NCBI GenBank assembly: GCA_951406725.2
Contig: OX597822.1
Span: forward strand, 19,282,001 to 19,346,000
Direction of reading: 5' to 3'
DNA: 64,000 nucleotides
DNA from: Octopus vulgaris
Lineage: Eukaryota
Numbering within the stretch: position 1 is the first letter of the stretch; the number at the start of each line of letters is the position of its first letter. The position numbers were made by a program, and so were the translations under genes. The notes beneath the pieces are model-generated. The model did no database searches, was not told where the DNA came from, and saw only the letters and a program-made list of their open reading frames with translations. This document shows positions 1 through 14,200 of the stretch, in pieces.

Positions 1-345
1 ATATTCATTTAGGTGTCTTCACATGAAACATGTACACTAACTTCATGATACCATCTTCTGACAAGTAGTTTGACATCTTATATATTTGATGTACTGAGGC
101 AACCATTGTGAGCATCTTAAGTACAGGCATGGCTGTGTGGATAAGAAGCTTGTTTCCCAACGAAGTGATTTTAGGCCCAGTTCCATTGAGCAACCATTGT
201 GAGTTGATTTAGTAGACAGAAACTGAAAGAAGTGTGCCTGAGCATGGTGAGCAAGACTCCTGTAATGAGTCTATGAAACTAAGTTGCATGGGGCCTATAT
301 ATATAACTTCTACTAAATGTGTTAAGTGCCTCTTTGTCCACCTCT

Positions 346-377
<32 letters not shown>

Positions 378-379
<2 letters not shown>

Positions 380-990
380 CATCATCATCATCATCATCGT
401 TTAGCGTCCACTTTCCATGCTAGCATGGGTTGGACGGTTCAACTGGGGTCTGGGAAGCCAGAAGGCTGCACCAGGCCCAGTCTAATCTGGCAATGTTTCT
501 ATGGCTGGATGCCCTTCCTAACGCCAATCACTCCATGAGTGTAGTGGGTGCTTTTTCCATGCCACCAGCACAGGTGCCAGACGAGTCTGGCAAACGGCCA
601 CGATTGGATGGTGCTTTTTATGTGCCACCGGCACAGGGGCCAGACGAGGCTGACAACGGCCACGAACGGATGGTGCTTTTTATGTGCCACCGGCACGAGG
701 CCAGTCGGGGCGGCGCTGGCAACGGCCACGTTCGGATGGTTCTCTTACGTGCCACCGACACTGGTATCTCAGCTGCAATTTCCATTGATTGATTTCGATT
801 CTGATTCTCACTTGCCTCAACAGGTCTTCACAAGTAGGGATTTGTGTCCCAAGAAGGGAAGGTATGCATAAATGGACTGGCTACATCCCGTGTAGAAGGC
901 CACGGGTTATGGTCTCACTTGTCCTGCCGGGTCTTCTCACGCACAGCATACTTCCAGAGGTCTCGGTCTCTAGTCATTTCCTCAGTGAGA
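378..990 (-). mobile_element. RTE-clade LINE 3' end (ORF tail, 3'UTR with ~57-bp tandem units, (GAT)n tail) inserted in (TA)n
   Basis: Reverse complement matches 60670-61150, e.g. cgtggcc...cc(c)atttatgc(a/g)tacctt and ctagcatggaaag..gac..taaacgatgatgat. (TA)n tracts flank both sides. Confidence 0.85.
547..760. repeat. Tandem repeat, ~4 diverged units of ~57-58 bp inside the RTE 3'UTR
   Basis: Recurring ggtgcttttt(a)tgtgccaccggcac...aacggccacg..cggat. Confidence 0.85.
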
Positions 991-1019
991 CCTATATATA
1001 TATATATATATATATAAGC

Positions 1020-1470
1020 ATCATTTTAACATCCACTTTTCTATGCTCACATGGGTAGGACAGAGCATGATCAGATTTTTACAATCAATCCCCTTCCTGT
1101 TGCCAACCCATACTTGTTTCCAAGCAAGATAAATATTTCCCTACGCCCAGATATGTTCTCACAATAATGGAAATGACAGTGCTCATATGACTGACACTCA
1201 TTGTCAGCTATCATGCAATGTCAAGACGAAACGTGTGTGTGTGTGTGTGTTAGTGTCTCCTTGTTTTAATATCATGTGATGGTTGTAAAGGAGTGTCAGT
1301 GTCACAATCAGTGTCTGTTTTCAAGCTTCCATAAAAAGATACCTGACTATAGGGAAATAGTACCTCACTTGGAAACAAGAATGGCATCTAACCATAAAAA
1401 AAACTACCTCAATGTATTTCATCAGACCCATGCAAGTATGGAAAAATAGATGTTAAAATGATGATCATCA
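1020..1470. mobile_element. Two inverted copies of an RTE-tailed SINE 3' module around a (GT)n tract
   Basis: catcattttaacatccacttttctatgct (1020) versus agtatggaaaaatagatgttaaaatgatgat (1436-1466); cttgtttccaag versus cttggaaacaag. Confidence 0.6.
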
Positions 1471-2652
1471 TTATCTATGTGAATTTAGGATTTTTAGCTT
1501 AGAATACTTGACTGGCATATTCCAGCACCTAAAGAACCCGATCAAAAGTATGCAAGGTAAATATGAAAATATGCTCAAACCCAACTGATTAACATTTCAA
1601 AAGATAATTTTAGATAAAAACAGTTAATTGGTAATTCTGGAATGCTTTCATTTAGTAAAGTAAAACATATATATCAAAGAACTGACTCCCAACTTAGCTG
1701 AGCATTTGACAACTCTAAAACAGGAATTAAGGCTTTGTTTCCCATCACTGATCATGACTGAATTTGAAATGATTTTGTGGAAATTCAAGCTTCATGGTTA
1801 GATTGTTCCAAAGGTCTTCCATCGTGCAGAGCAACCAGTCATGACGTCAACAAGGTATATCAACATCAATGCTGCTTTGTTCAAGTTGTGACAGCATGGA
1901 ATATAAACATACCTGCACATCCATATATACAATACATAAACATACACGTATACACACACACACATACATGACAGTTTCAGTATACCATATTCCTTCACAT
2001 GGCTTTGGTGAACCCAGAGCATGGTAAGATAAAACCTGAAACCACATGGCTGTGAACACACAGTTATGCCTGTGACTATCCTTACTTTACTATATGTTCT
2101 TCACTAAATTAATCATATATTCAACAAGCACCATAAAAAATATCTTTGGCTCCTTGGGTAAGTGTCTTCTACTATAATCTCAAGCCAACTAAAGCCTGCA
2201 GGGGGGGGGGCAGTTGAATCGTAAACAGAATCTTAAATTATGTGTGTGTGGAGTGTACTTTTAAACTCCAAAACTTTCACTAAGTGTAACTGTACATCTC
2301 TACAAAATTGACAAAGAAATAAGGTGCAGTTATTTGGGCAACACCAAACAAAAATGCTTGCTTCAAGCACAAGCCCTTATTCACATATTAGATTCTATCC
2401 TTGCTCTTTGAAGGTTCAGACAACTATCAGATTACTGTTACATGTGCAAGCAAGCATGCACATGTTAATGCATATACACACACACACATTTGTGTCTACA
2501 TGTGGTATGTAGACATACAGGCGTTTGTGTATGCATTTACTTGTGTATATATGAATACACATAAATGCATATGTAAACATGCATACACACACATCTCTCC
2601 ATGTGTGTGTATAAACACATATGTAGGTGAGTACATAAATATCTGAGCTATA

Positions 2653-3370
2653 TCTTATATATTAAAAGGCAAGTTGTCTGTGTGTTGTGTGAACCACTTC
2701 TACTCCAACAATTTCCAATCGAATTTCACCAAATTTGACATGTGCTCTCTTTGACTTAGGACGCTTTTTCTTATAATTTTTTCCTCAAAATTCCACGCCT
2801 CCAACATAAATAGACTACTCTCAATTCGCCTAGGATTTGGCTTGAACCAGCGAAAAAACATGACACACACCCAGCTGGATAAAAATTAATACTTTGTCAG
2901 CTGTGGTGAGCTCTTATCGACTGCTTGCACAGTACTGCCAGCAGTATTCCTTTGCGAGTTACTTAATTCGGTCAGTTTGATTAAGATTTTTGCCATCTAC
3001 ATTTTACTATTTTATGAGTGCTACACATTCACTGCTTTTTCCTTAGGACTTTTTCTATTGCGTAAACTAATAATTTTCCACCATATCTCAATGCAAAAGA
3101 TCCAATATAGGTTGGCAAACAAATGCTGCAAAGTAAATGTATGTGGGCAAATGAATCTGCCATGGACACTGCCAGGAGGAAATCTCTCAATGCATTTGGA
3201 ATGGCTTCAGCGCGAAGAAGGGAAAGTGAAGAGCAGCGTTGTGATCGGTTATCACATATTGATGTGCAACAAGCCGCAACGAGCAACGTTCAGCATGCCG
3301 AACAAGAAATGCTTTCTCTACTGCTGCTACACAAGCTTCAGAGACTGCAGCACAATGCGCAGATCAACTA
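2653..3370 (+). mobile_element. Helitron 5' fragment with remnant of the N-terminal RepHel-type ORF
   Basis: A|TCTTATATATTAAAAGGCAAGTTGTCTGTGTG start and aatttcaccaaatttgacatg motif. ORF 3123-3371 (ARRRESEEQRCDRL) resembles the charged N-terminus of animal Helitron proteins. No 3' CTAG end found. Confidence 0.55.
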
Positions 3371-3825
3371 ACAAAAAATGGGACAAGACACAAAACATCC
3401 AGACAGATGATACAAAAAAGGGACAAGAAAAAACAAGGACAAGTCATTTGGAGTTTTCTTTCCTCGGTTGAGTTCCAGATTATCTTTACAATTTCAGCTG
3501 GTTATACTTGAGATTGCTCCAATTTGGCCAGCCCCAAGGAAAAACTAAGCTAAGAGCACTAGATTCCTTGGAATAAAGCAGCAAATGTATACGAAAACAA
3601 GCACGGAAAAAAAAAACGGAGAAATGGTACACAAATACAAATAACAGAACATTAACAACAGGTGTCTTTTGACTAAGGATGAATTAAATTAAGCTGACGT
3701 GTGTGGAAGTGAAGCCTTACGACAGGGATATAAGAGATGACAGGCATGGGGAGGAATATAGATGTTGCACAGATGGTAGTCAAAACAAGAAAGGTCAAGC
3801 TTGGCCAAACACCAGTCACATGGGG

Positions 3826-5005
3826 AGTGTGAAGGATAAATTGTTGCCAGTTTTTATTTTTAATTTTGTGCATGTGCATTGTTTGTTTTGATTTTGTTGA
3901 CTACACAGTGTAGGAGGGTCAGCTGGGGACTAGAAATTTGGAAACAACCTGCTGTACTGCTTGGTATTCACACTGGAAGCTACAATATGAACATTTCAGT
4001 GTGTTTGGGTGTCAATCTGAGGACAATGCAGAGGATTCGGAAAGAGTTGGATGAGTTTAAAGGTGATTGCGAAGGTACAGCAGCTCTGAAAAACACACTG
4101 ATGGTTCTGATAAGAAAAGAACTCCTGAATTTGTTAGCGAGATCCAGCATATGATTGACAATGATCCCTCCAAGTTAATTAGATACATCACCAGGGACAT
4201 GGGAGTGTCTGAGTTTCTTATCAGGCAGATAGTGTATAAAGACATTCAGTATTCGTCATACAAGATGAGAAAGGGCCAATTTTTATCCCAAGCCATCAAG
4301 GACAAGAGGAAAGAGTGCACTACGAAGCTTTTAAACAAACTCAAGCATCTCCTCCAGGCAAACATGCTATGGTCTTTCTCAGATGAGAAAATTTCTGCCA
4401 GGATCAGATGATGAATACACAGAACAATCATTGGCTTGCTGTGTCCCCAAAACATGTACCGAGAGTGATAAAATCAAACATCCAGTTAACATCATGGTGT
4501 TTGGATTGATCTCACTAGTGATGGTGATGTTATGCCTCCATTCATCTTTCCACACAGTTTCAGGCTCAACACAGAAGCCTACATCAAGTGCCTGGAGGAA
4601 GTAGTGCTGTCCTGGGTTAAGAGGGTGGCTGCTGAAAGATCCTATGTTTGGTAACAAGTCTATGCACCATGCCACACAAGTAGGAGAACCTAGTCATGGC
4701 TGTCAGACAATTTCTGCGATCGTATTACCCCCCCAACATCTCGCCACCTAACTCCCCAGACTGCAACCGCTTTTATTATTATATGTGAAGCACAGTTGAG
4801 CAAGAGACCAACAAAACTCATTGTAACACTAAAGATGAACTAAAGGCAAGAATTATAACAGCATTCAGCAACAAAGAGACCATCCAGAAGAGTTGCAGGA
4901 GATTCTGAAGTCGTCTGGGGACAGTGGTTGAAGGCATTGGCGATTTTATTGCAGTGCTATTTTCGTTTTTGAGTAATTTTAGACAACAATTCATTCACTG
5001 CACTG
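3826..5005 (+). mobile_element. Degenerate Tc1/mariner-superfamily transposon, maT/DD37D-like transposase pseudogene
   Basis: Frameshifted frames give KKRTPEFVSEIQHMIDNDPSK..., WSFSDEK, APCHTSRRT, PPNSPDCN..., CNTKDELKARI...KSCRRF*SRL..VVE..GDFI. Degenerate TIRs (aattgttg.c / gacaacaatt). Confidence 0.8.
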
Positions 5006-5025
5006 TGTGTGCGTGCATGTATGTA

Positions 5026-5057
<32 letters not shown>

Positions 5058-8000
5058 GATAGATAGATAGATAGATAGATAGACAGAGAGAGAAGGAAAG
5101 AGAGAGAGACCTGCATCATATTTAGTAGCTCTTTCAGAAATTACTGTCTTCCACAGATAACTGATATTTTTCATTCATCAATGTACCAAATGTAGAGGAG
5201 GACATTCATTTTTTTTTTTTTATACCAACAGCATAAACTTCTAGAGGTAATTATGAGGAGCAAAAATAGGTACCATAAACCTTATGAAATAAAACTGCAA
5301 ATTACATATCGTGAAATTTTCATTCACCAATCAGCTTGAGTTTGTCCAAAGCTTAAGCATCTGAAGTAGAAAGTGATAAATTATACACCACAGCTCTCTC
5401 TACCTACCTCTCCTTCCCACACACATTATAATTATCAACAAGCATATTGCAAGCTAATGTATGGTTAGAGAAATTTACACAGTAGTTTCTGTATTTTTTT
5501 TAGTTCACCAGTAAAAAATAAGCAAAAACCTCTTGGATCAGACAAGTATATTTCTCTTTAGTCTTGTGTGACCTACTTCCATGTAAACCAGCACTTTAAA
5601 TTCACATTATGCATCCTATTTTACTTGTTGAAACCAATACGGTACTGTCTGTTGCATGACTAATATATAGACATCTATAGTTCAGTCTCCAGCTCCACAG
5701 TGCTGCACACTCGGCAATGTCTACATTTCTTTCTAGGTCTTCTTGTCTATATTCTGATGCCACACAACACACAGCAGTTGATGTAAATAGTGGAATCATT
5801 TCCCAACAAAATATTCATACAAGTCAGTCATGCAGATATTTATATTACCTGCACATACATTATCTTTTCAACATCCTTGTTTACAGCCTGACCTATTTTC
5901 TATTGCTCTTCACTGACCAACAGTAAAGCTTTTGTTAATAAAATATCTGGAGTAGCATCAAGATATAAAATATTTCAGTTACTCTTACGCTTCATACATT
6001 TCATAAAACTTCTCAGTCAATTTTGTACAAACTATAGACTAAAAGAAACTATCAGTAGAGTTCTCTCAAAACATATTTTGGTACAAGTGGCTATTCAACA
6101 TTCAGCCTTTTAGCCCTAGGTGAACTATGAGCCACCAAACCTATGATCATAGATATTCTAGTTAGAACAATTCCATCTTTATTTAGATAGTGTATTTTGG
6201 ACTACACTATTCATGATATGAGATTTTGCCACTCTTTCTTGCTGGCCAAGCAATAGCATAGGTTTCTTTGTTGGCTTCAAAATTTAATTTCAGATGGTAC
6301 TGGCAGCAGGGTTGTGGAATCACTTGTGGAAGCAAGTACCAAGTTAGAGGAATCAGCAAAAGTCTACAGATTTTGATACTAAATATAAATTAAAATGCAA
6401 TAAAATTTATAATCTCCCCAGATATCAATAAGGTTTTTCTATAGTTAAATAAGCAAATCAGATACAAGAGCTTCTGTAAAAGGAGGACTTGGTAGAAGTA
6501 ATTCTGTTTTTAAAAATAAAATATTGGTAAATTTTGGATTTGTATTTTTGATTTAACGCCCTAAACCATAAATGTCTTTAGCTGTTTTGTCACTAAGTTC
6601 CTGTAGAAGTATATTACCTTTATCTCCAGTACCTAGTAAAATAACTTATTAAACTGGTTTGGAACATAATTAGCATGAAATTTTGATGGAAGGTTTAAAC
6701 TTAGATCACTTTAAAATAGGAAATTTGCATCATAGATCCAGGGCAGGCTTGGACATGGTTGTAATTAAAAGGATTAATAAATTTTGTAGAGAAATTTTTC
6801 AATCTTCTATAGTATGGTGTTTATTTCCTTTAATGTAATCTTTCATGTTATATAAATTTTATATCTGAATAAAAGAAAAGTTATCTAATTGAGTTTATCT
6901 TTCCAGAATGGTCGAAGAGCAAAGTTGCTTTAGGCATTCAATCCTTTAGTTTTAATTTTGACTTGCTGGTAAAGCCTCTGGGCAAGACATAACTGCATAC
7001 AGTGGCGAGGCTCCAGTTAAGAATTTCAGAAGTTTGGTGGATATGGAGTTACCCCTTAGTCACTACTACTCCCAGGCATGTTCTGGCTCAGGTGGTAGTA
7101 CCTGTCAAGGGACCCAGTTTTGAGTAGCATAGCAATAGACAGTCCTGAGGCTAAGGCACATAGACCCAGAAGAGGACTAGCTCCTAGACATGTCACACAG
7201 GCTCACCAGTATAGCAACATACTATGATGTGTGAACCAGTCTTCCTGTCTAAGGGTTTCATAGGTCCTGTGCCTCATGAGTAAATTAAGGAGAGCAGGAA
7301 ACTAGCAGAGTAAACTATAAATAAACTGGTAGAAAGTAATGGAAAACCACTGCTTTATTTTCCTCAAAAAAGGAAAAAAATTTAAAAGAAATCATAACTC
7401 TTCAGACTGACATAGAGGTCCATGACTGCAAATGGAGAGAGAAAGAGAAAATCAAGCAGATTTTTTTCTTCTTTTTTTGTAAATTGTCTCATACTTAATT
7501 GTTTGTAGCCTCTTTAATACTTAATATTAAAACAAAAAGTCATAACTGCAAAACTATATATAGCCATTAAACTGAAGCTTCAACAGGTCAAGGTAATAAA
7601 ATGTAACCAGGTGATTCATATATTCCATGTATATGGTTTACTTTCTTTCCAATTAATATACGAATACCATAAATTGAACAGTTGGAAGTTCTATATACTA
7701 ATTCCACAGCCCTGACTGGCAATACTGTAAATACAACTACTCACTACAACTCATTATGATTAAAATTAACAAACTGAACTAAACACAGAAACAGAATTGA
7801 ATAAGATCTAATCCAAAACAGCAAAAGAATTTTTGTTAATATATTTTCAATATATTCTTTAAATTTCTTCCAATTATTATTTTTGAAATCTCAGATCCAC
7901 TCTAGCATAAACAGTTCTTTAATTCATTGATTACTTCAAGGAAAACTTTAGAGATGTTGTTTAAGCTTCAAAAATAGGTCATTAATACTCTATTTTGTAC

Positions 8001-8257
8001 GTAGCTTAATTGAAATACTGGTTCAATACCAATGTTTCTGGCAATTCCCTATAGCAATTTTCTTATACATTGATCTGAATTATTCTTGCCTTTATACATC
8101 TGCTGAATCAAAGGCACCAGCCTATTCTAGAATAGGTTGGTGCCTATTCTAGTGTTTTAAAGATTATAGAAAAGAGGAAAAAATCTGAGAATGAAAAACT
8201 AACAGAATTCCAAATATTCCAATACATTATTGTTTTAATGATTACACATACACACCT

Positions 8258-8630
8258 TTTATTTCTTGTTTCAATCATTCGACTACAATCATATTGGAGC
8301 ATTGCCTTGAAGAAATTAGTCAAACAAATTGACTAATACTTATTTTTAAGCCTAGTATTTACTGGTCTCTTTTTATGGAACTGCTATGTTATGAGGGTGT
8401 AAACAAACCAGCACCAGTTACGAAGCAGTAGGGTAGGGGGACAAACACACACATATATATATATATATATATACACATAAGCTTTCAATATTCCATCTAA
8501 AAAATCTACTCAAGGATTTGGTCAGACTGGAGCTATAGTGAAAGACACTTGCCCAAGGTGCAGCACACTGAGACTAAACTCATGACAATATGATTGAGAA
8601 ACACACTTCTTACCACACAGCCATGCCTGT
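8258..8630 (-). mobile_element. tRNA-derived SINE (octopus OK/OR-like), old copy
   Basis: Collinear with 47115-47533 (cacttgcccaaggtg, taccacacagccatgcctg). Confidence 0.75.
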
Positions 8631-9595
8631 AATATATGTAAATATATTACATTTGGCCAGAATAAACAATTTTAGAAGATCATACAGAGTCACTTCTTTG
8701 CTCACCAAAGCCAGACAAATGCACTACTGAGATGTGTAGTGCAAGTGAAGCAGAAAGTAATGTGACGCTTCTAATATGTTCTCTAATTTCTTGGAACTAA
8801 ATAATGCCATAGAAGCCTATTTCACCAAATTAAAAATACAGAACAATTAATTATAATTTTTATAGAGATAAAACATTCCGAACTTGAAAGATAGGCCAAG
8901 CAAACAATCCATGGATAGGAGAGGTGATTTCATTTTTTTTTTATGACTGATTATTAACAGTAAAAAAAAAAAAAAAAGAAAAAAAAAACCTATCCTATAC
9001 CAATCTAAATTAGAGCAACAATGGGATCTACAAAAACATAAAATAAAATCTACAATACAATATTGTGTACTAAATGGAGAGCAAATGATATGGGTGAAAA
9101 ACAGTGTGGGCGAGACGAGAAGGAATGAAAGATAATACCAAAGTCATGAAAAGGCGCATAGGTCAGAACATGAATTTCTGATAAAATGGAAGTTAATAAA
9201 AATGAGCTACAACAAAGCTTTTAAAAATCAAATTATATGCCAAGGTATACAGCCAGAGTGACATAGTTTGTTAGGTTGCATACTTATTTTTATACAGTTT
9301 TTATCTGTGGATAATCTTGCCTGACCCAGCTTGGTTCTGATGTAAAACATATCAGAAAATTGTCTAACATGATTGCATTGTTAAAAACTATCAGTATAGA
9401 CAAAAATATGTTTAAAAAATCAAAGGCTATCTTCAAGTAAAAATATTTCCACAGAAAAACTAAATTTATGATTAAGAAACCATTACATCAGTACTGTCAG
9501 AAGAAAAACTTTTTGGACACATAATATACATTTATGGAACCTTTCCTATTACATGAATGAGTTCAATTTAAAGAAAAAAGATATCATCACTATTA

Positions 9596-9962
9596 TTCTA
9601 ACGTTCACTTTCCTATGCTTCCATGGGTAAGACAGTTAAAAGAGTTTCTACAGCTGGATGCCCTTCCTGTTGCCAAGCCTTACCCATTTCCAAGTAAGGA
9701 AATATTCCCTGATGGACTGACAAGTTTTGCAGAATATTGGAAATGAACAATGACACCCATTTATATTTATCACACAATATCAAAACAAAGTGACACAAAC
9801 ACACAACAGGCTTCTTTCAGTTTCTGTCTATCAAATCCATTCACAAGGCTCTGGTCAATTCAGAGTTAAAGTAGAAGACAAACACCCAAGGTTCTGTGCA
9901 GTTGGACTGAACTCAAAACCATTCGGTTGGGAAGCAAACTTCTTAACCACACAGCTGCCTTC
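9596..9962 (-). mobile_element. Composite SINE: tRNA-derived head, CA tract and RTE-like 3' tail
   Basis: Head ggcttctttcagtttc...cttaaccacacagc joined to tail aacgttcactttcctatgc...gctggatgcccttcctgttgcc. Confidence 0.65.
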
Positions 9963-10149
9963 ACCTAGCTACCTTTTACTAATTTCATAGAGTGATCAAT
10001 ATTTTGTAATGTTTTAAAATAACTATAAACCACAAATAGATTGAGGTGAAATAATCTTTCAAGAACAAATCGATCCATGTTACACAAATTCAGCATTATT
10101 AATGTATCGCATTTTACAAACCATCCCACATACCCATCTCTGCATAAAA

Positions 10150-10364
10150 AATTCTCTTAACAATGTCCTTATCTTTGCTTGAAATATATTACTTTTGTTT
10201 CAATTTTGAAAACAAAATATAGAACAACTGTCATTATTAAGCTAGTGTTCGGGAACATAACATGAAAATCTACTGAAAGGTTTTAATTTATATCACTTTA
10301 AAACGGGGAGCGTGTAACATAGAACTAGGGACAGTTTCACGCAAATTGGTATCAAAAGGGTTAA
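10150..10364 (-). mobile_element. piggyBac-derived MITE
   Basis: Ends ttggtatcaaaaggg|TTAA; interior matches 27721-27934 and 62797-63022. Confidence 0.65.
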
Positions 10365-11334
10365 TATTTGTATAGATGTCCTGAAGCACATTTTCATTTT
10401 GTTTTTGTCTAAGACTTACAAGTGGTCTTAATATTCCTCTAAATACAGTATATGCAATTATTTTTTAAATATTTCTTTTGGGAGGGGGAGAACCCCTCAC
10501 ATTTTTTATATTACCAACTCTAAAACAGCAAAAACCTTGCTACTTGTTTTGTGTTTAATATTGAAAAAAATAATAATCAAAAGCCAAAGTACAGGATAAG
10601 ATTTAACACAAAAATGATGTTAAATTTGTAGGTCAATTTTAAAACACTTAAAGAGCAGCCACTCCTTATGACATATACTAGGACAAACAAAAGCTGTAAA
10701 ATTATTGATTCCTTTCAGTCACCATACTATTTGTAAATACTTTTTAAAAAATTAAAGCAATAGAAAAAACATTTTCAATTTGTCATAACCATTATTTAAC
10801 ATCCTCTTCTCCACGCTTGCAAGGGTCAGATTGAATTTATTGTGGCAAATTTTCTATGGCCAGATGCTCTTCCTGTTGCAAATCCTTAAGTGTGTCCAAA
10901 AGAGGTAATGTTTCTCATGACCAGTTATGCATTTCATGGAAGACTGGAAACAAACATCACTTTTATGGTGGTGAGGCTCATTTACAATCATCACATAATG
11001 TTAAGAAAATGGTTCATACATACCCACATTACCTACCTACACACACACACACGGGGGGGGGTTCAATTTCTATCAAATGCCATCCCAAGGCTTTAGTTGG
11101 CCTAAAGTAGCACAGAACCTGCAACCATATGAGTAGGAAATGCCTTAACCACACAGCAATACCAGCACCTATCCGTCTTTTTTTTTTTTCTTTTATCATT
11201 TAAATCTATCAAGATCAATACAAAATAGATAATTATCTTGTAATGTTCTTTACTTTTAATATGAAAATCCTGACATTCCAGAAACAGAACACTTCAAGAG
11301 ATTCAAAAACAAAAGCAACCTGTCCATTAAATAA

Positions 11335-11502
11335 TTAACCCTTTTGCTTCCATATTTCTTTTGAAATGCACTGCTTTGTTTTAGTTAATTATGAAAATAA
11401 TGAACTAATAGTAAAATAACTCCTTGTTAATCAGGTGTTTGGAGTTTTTATTGGAGATTTCAATTTTGGGACCAGGGTAATCTCAGTGTGTAGGTATCAA
11501 AA
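11335..11502 (-). mobile_element. piggyBac-derived MITE (degraded)
   Basis: TTAA|CCCTTTTG start and ggtatcaaaag end. Confidence 0.6.
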
Positions 11503-12979
11503 GAATATGAATTTTCCAATTAAGAGCTCCATGGTAAGCAAACAAAACCCTACTTAAATCAATAAGGAAGTTTCAAAAATAAAACATTCACTGGTTGGAA
11601 AACTAAATATTTCTATCTTATTTTGAAAGATAATTCATATGACAATAGAATCTGTCATTACCATACAACCAATGAGTAAAAATACTACTTTCAAAAGGAA
11701 GAACATTTTAAAAGCTTGTTTCAAAACAAACCTACATTATTTTATAATAATAAAAGACTGGAAGTTAATTCAATTAATTTTGCAGCAAAATAACCATTTG
11801 GCAAAGTGATAATTAACATAAATTACAAGTTGCAAGCAAATCTAGTTTACCTAAATTTTTGTTTAAGGCATATATTGTTTAAAGAAAAATTAAAAATTCA
11901 AATTTGTTTGAACAAATATCAGATAACACATACAAGGTAGTTCTTGAACAAACATCAAACTAATATGGCATTTAACTAGTTTACTTCCAGTGACACTAAT
12001 TATACAGTCCTTGAATGAAGAAAAAGCATAAAAGGCCAAAACTAGAATAAACTGAACTAAATAACATTGCACAAATAGCAATGGTCTTGTGCTGCTGCTC
12101 TTTAATTTCACTTTTTATACAGAAACAATATAACTTTCAACTCAATATCATTTCAAGTGGCTCATTAAAATCAGAATTACAAATAAACACTCAATTATTT
12201 TCTTATAGCATATATGCCAATAGCTTCCTATTTTTCTGTTCAGAGTTTTTTTTAAAAGTTCTATGAAAATAAAAATACAATTACATTCTACAGAAATTCA
12301 CAAGACATTCTGCAATATTGAAACAAACTGTATCAGTAACTTAGTTTAGCTAATAGCCAAAAATGTGTTAGAATAAGTTGGATTTTCTTATACCCTTCAT
12401 AAAAGGAGGTTTATAAGCAGCATCACAATGGATATTTAATAAGGGTACAGAGTCACTGTTGAAATCCCAACACAGGACTGAAGCTAACCAGATTGATCCC
12501 ACTTATGTCTCCATGAAAATAATGTATATAAGATCCTGACTACCATGATACAGCTCAATCTGCTTGAATTCCAAAGAGAAAAAACCTATCTCAATATATC
12601 TGGTCAACCCTATCAAACCCAGATACTGCCATATCAGTTGTTATAATATGCATGAATAGATTTGCTAAACTCCATGTGGAACTGTTTGACCAGTTAGAGG
12701 AATGCACCATATTCTCAAAGTCTGTTGCATATGCTACTGAGCAATATGTCCCCACTGTGCAACTTTCTCCTTGGAGAGATGCCAAAGTTCAGGAAGCCTG
12801 AAACAGTCTGGCAGCTATGTAACAAGCAAACTGGTGGAACAAGACTGTTGCAACACAATGCTGTAGCAGCCACATCCTTAACCTTAGCTCAGCAGTACAC
12901 TGCAAACCAAAGAGCAGATCAACAGTATAAATGAAGCAAATGACAGCAGACAAATTACCACAGAAGAGAAAGCCATAAA

Positions 12980-14200
12980 CTGGTTACAAATCTAAACCAG
13001 CCTCAAAAGTGAAAGTAAATAAGCCACAAGATCAACCAGCTGGTTTGGAATCCCATTGAAAAGCTGCTCAACAGAAACAATTCCCACAGACAATTTCATT
13101 GTGATACCAATCTCACTACTGCTCACCAATATTCCAGCTGGTAAAATTACCTTTGAAGTGTCAACTACTACTAAACAGTTCAAACCCAGCAAATTGTGTG
13201 GTGCAGATGTTCTGCAGAATCCTGAATTACATCCAAGACATAACTGAAATACTCAGATCAAATCAAAACAGCTTTCACAAAGGCCATTTCACCCTTGTAC
13301 ATATTTTAAATATTTGCTGAATCATTGAAACCATCTCAGCAAAGAAAGATACATCTTTGTGTATTTCCTGAAAGCTGACTTCACAGGAATCAATGTTAAA
13401 CCAAATGAGGTTGCAAACACTATTTGCTCTATGCAGACTTCAGAAGTTATGTATGCACTCTGACAGAAATAATACATTCACAGTCAACACAGGGATTCTC
13501 CAAAGGTACCTTAGTGCCTTCCCTTTTCATTATACAATCTTGAACAATATACTATATCATGCTATAGCATCTGAACTAGGCACAACTCTCCATTCCTGCC
13601 AAGGTTCACATAATCCAGCAGATAACATTGCACTCATCTCACAAATGCTCAAACTCTCTTCACAAATCTGGAGTCAGCCATTGAAGTTAATCTCTCAAAA
13701 GACTATGGTTGGTGAAAATTCTGGTGTAGGTGATCTTACACTTTAATAAGGACCCATTAAGTCAGTTGCCAATTTCTGCTACCCGGGATCTTGTATTCAC
13801 TCTACCAACATATATTAACATTTGTAAAGTGATAACATGGTCAGCACCCAACAATGTATGGAAACTTTGGAAAGCGCAACTGTCACATGGCCTAATGCTA
13901 CACCCGTTGTGCTACAGTAGAATTTGTTCTGCTCTATGGCTCTGAATGCTGGTCTCTTACAGTGGCCCAATAGCAATCACTAGACAAAACATACACTCAA
14001 TTTATGCTAACCATATATCAAACAAGTCACTGAGCTTTTTATCTATAATCCTGTGGGGGATGTACAAACCTGATGATTAGGTCTGCATGACATATGTACA
14101 TAAACTTATGTGAGGCTCAAGGGTATGCACTGCCTCAGAGTTGACATGCGCAATGTCACCTTACACAGCCTGGAGTAGGTTAATGGCTACAAGTGATGTG
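12980..14200 (+). mobile_element. Highly decayed LINE reverse transcriptase region (RTE/RTE-X-like)
   Basis: TFTVNTGILQ/GTLVPSLFII resembles RT motif GvlQGdtLaPflFii; PADNIALISQ resembles FADDIALLS; later LLYGSECWSLT. Confidence 0.6.

Noticed and set aside
547-760. CRISPR-like repeat/spacer appearance (also 33415-33745)
   Set aside because: Units are diverged tandem repeats inside a LINE 3'UTR; there are no unique spacers and no cas genes.
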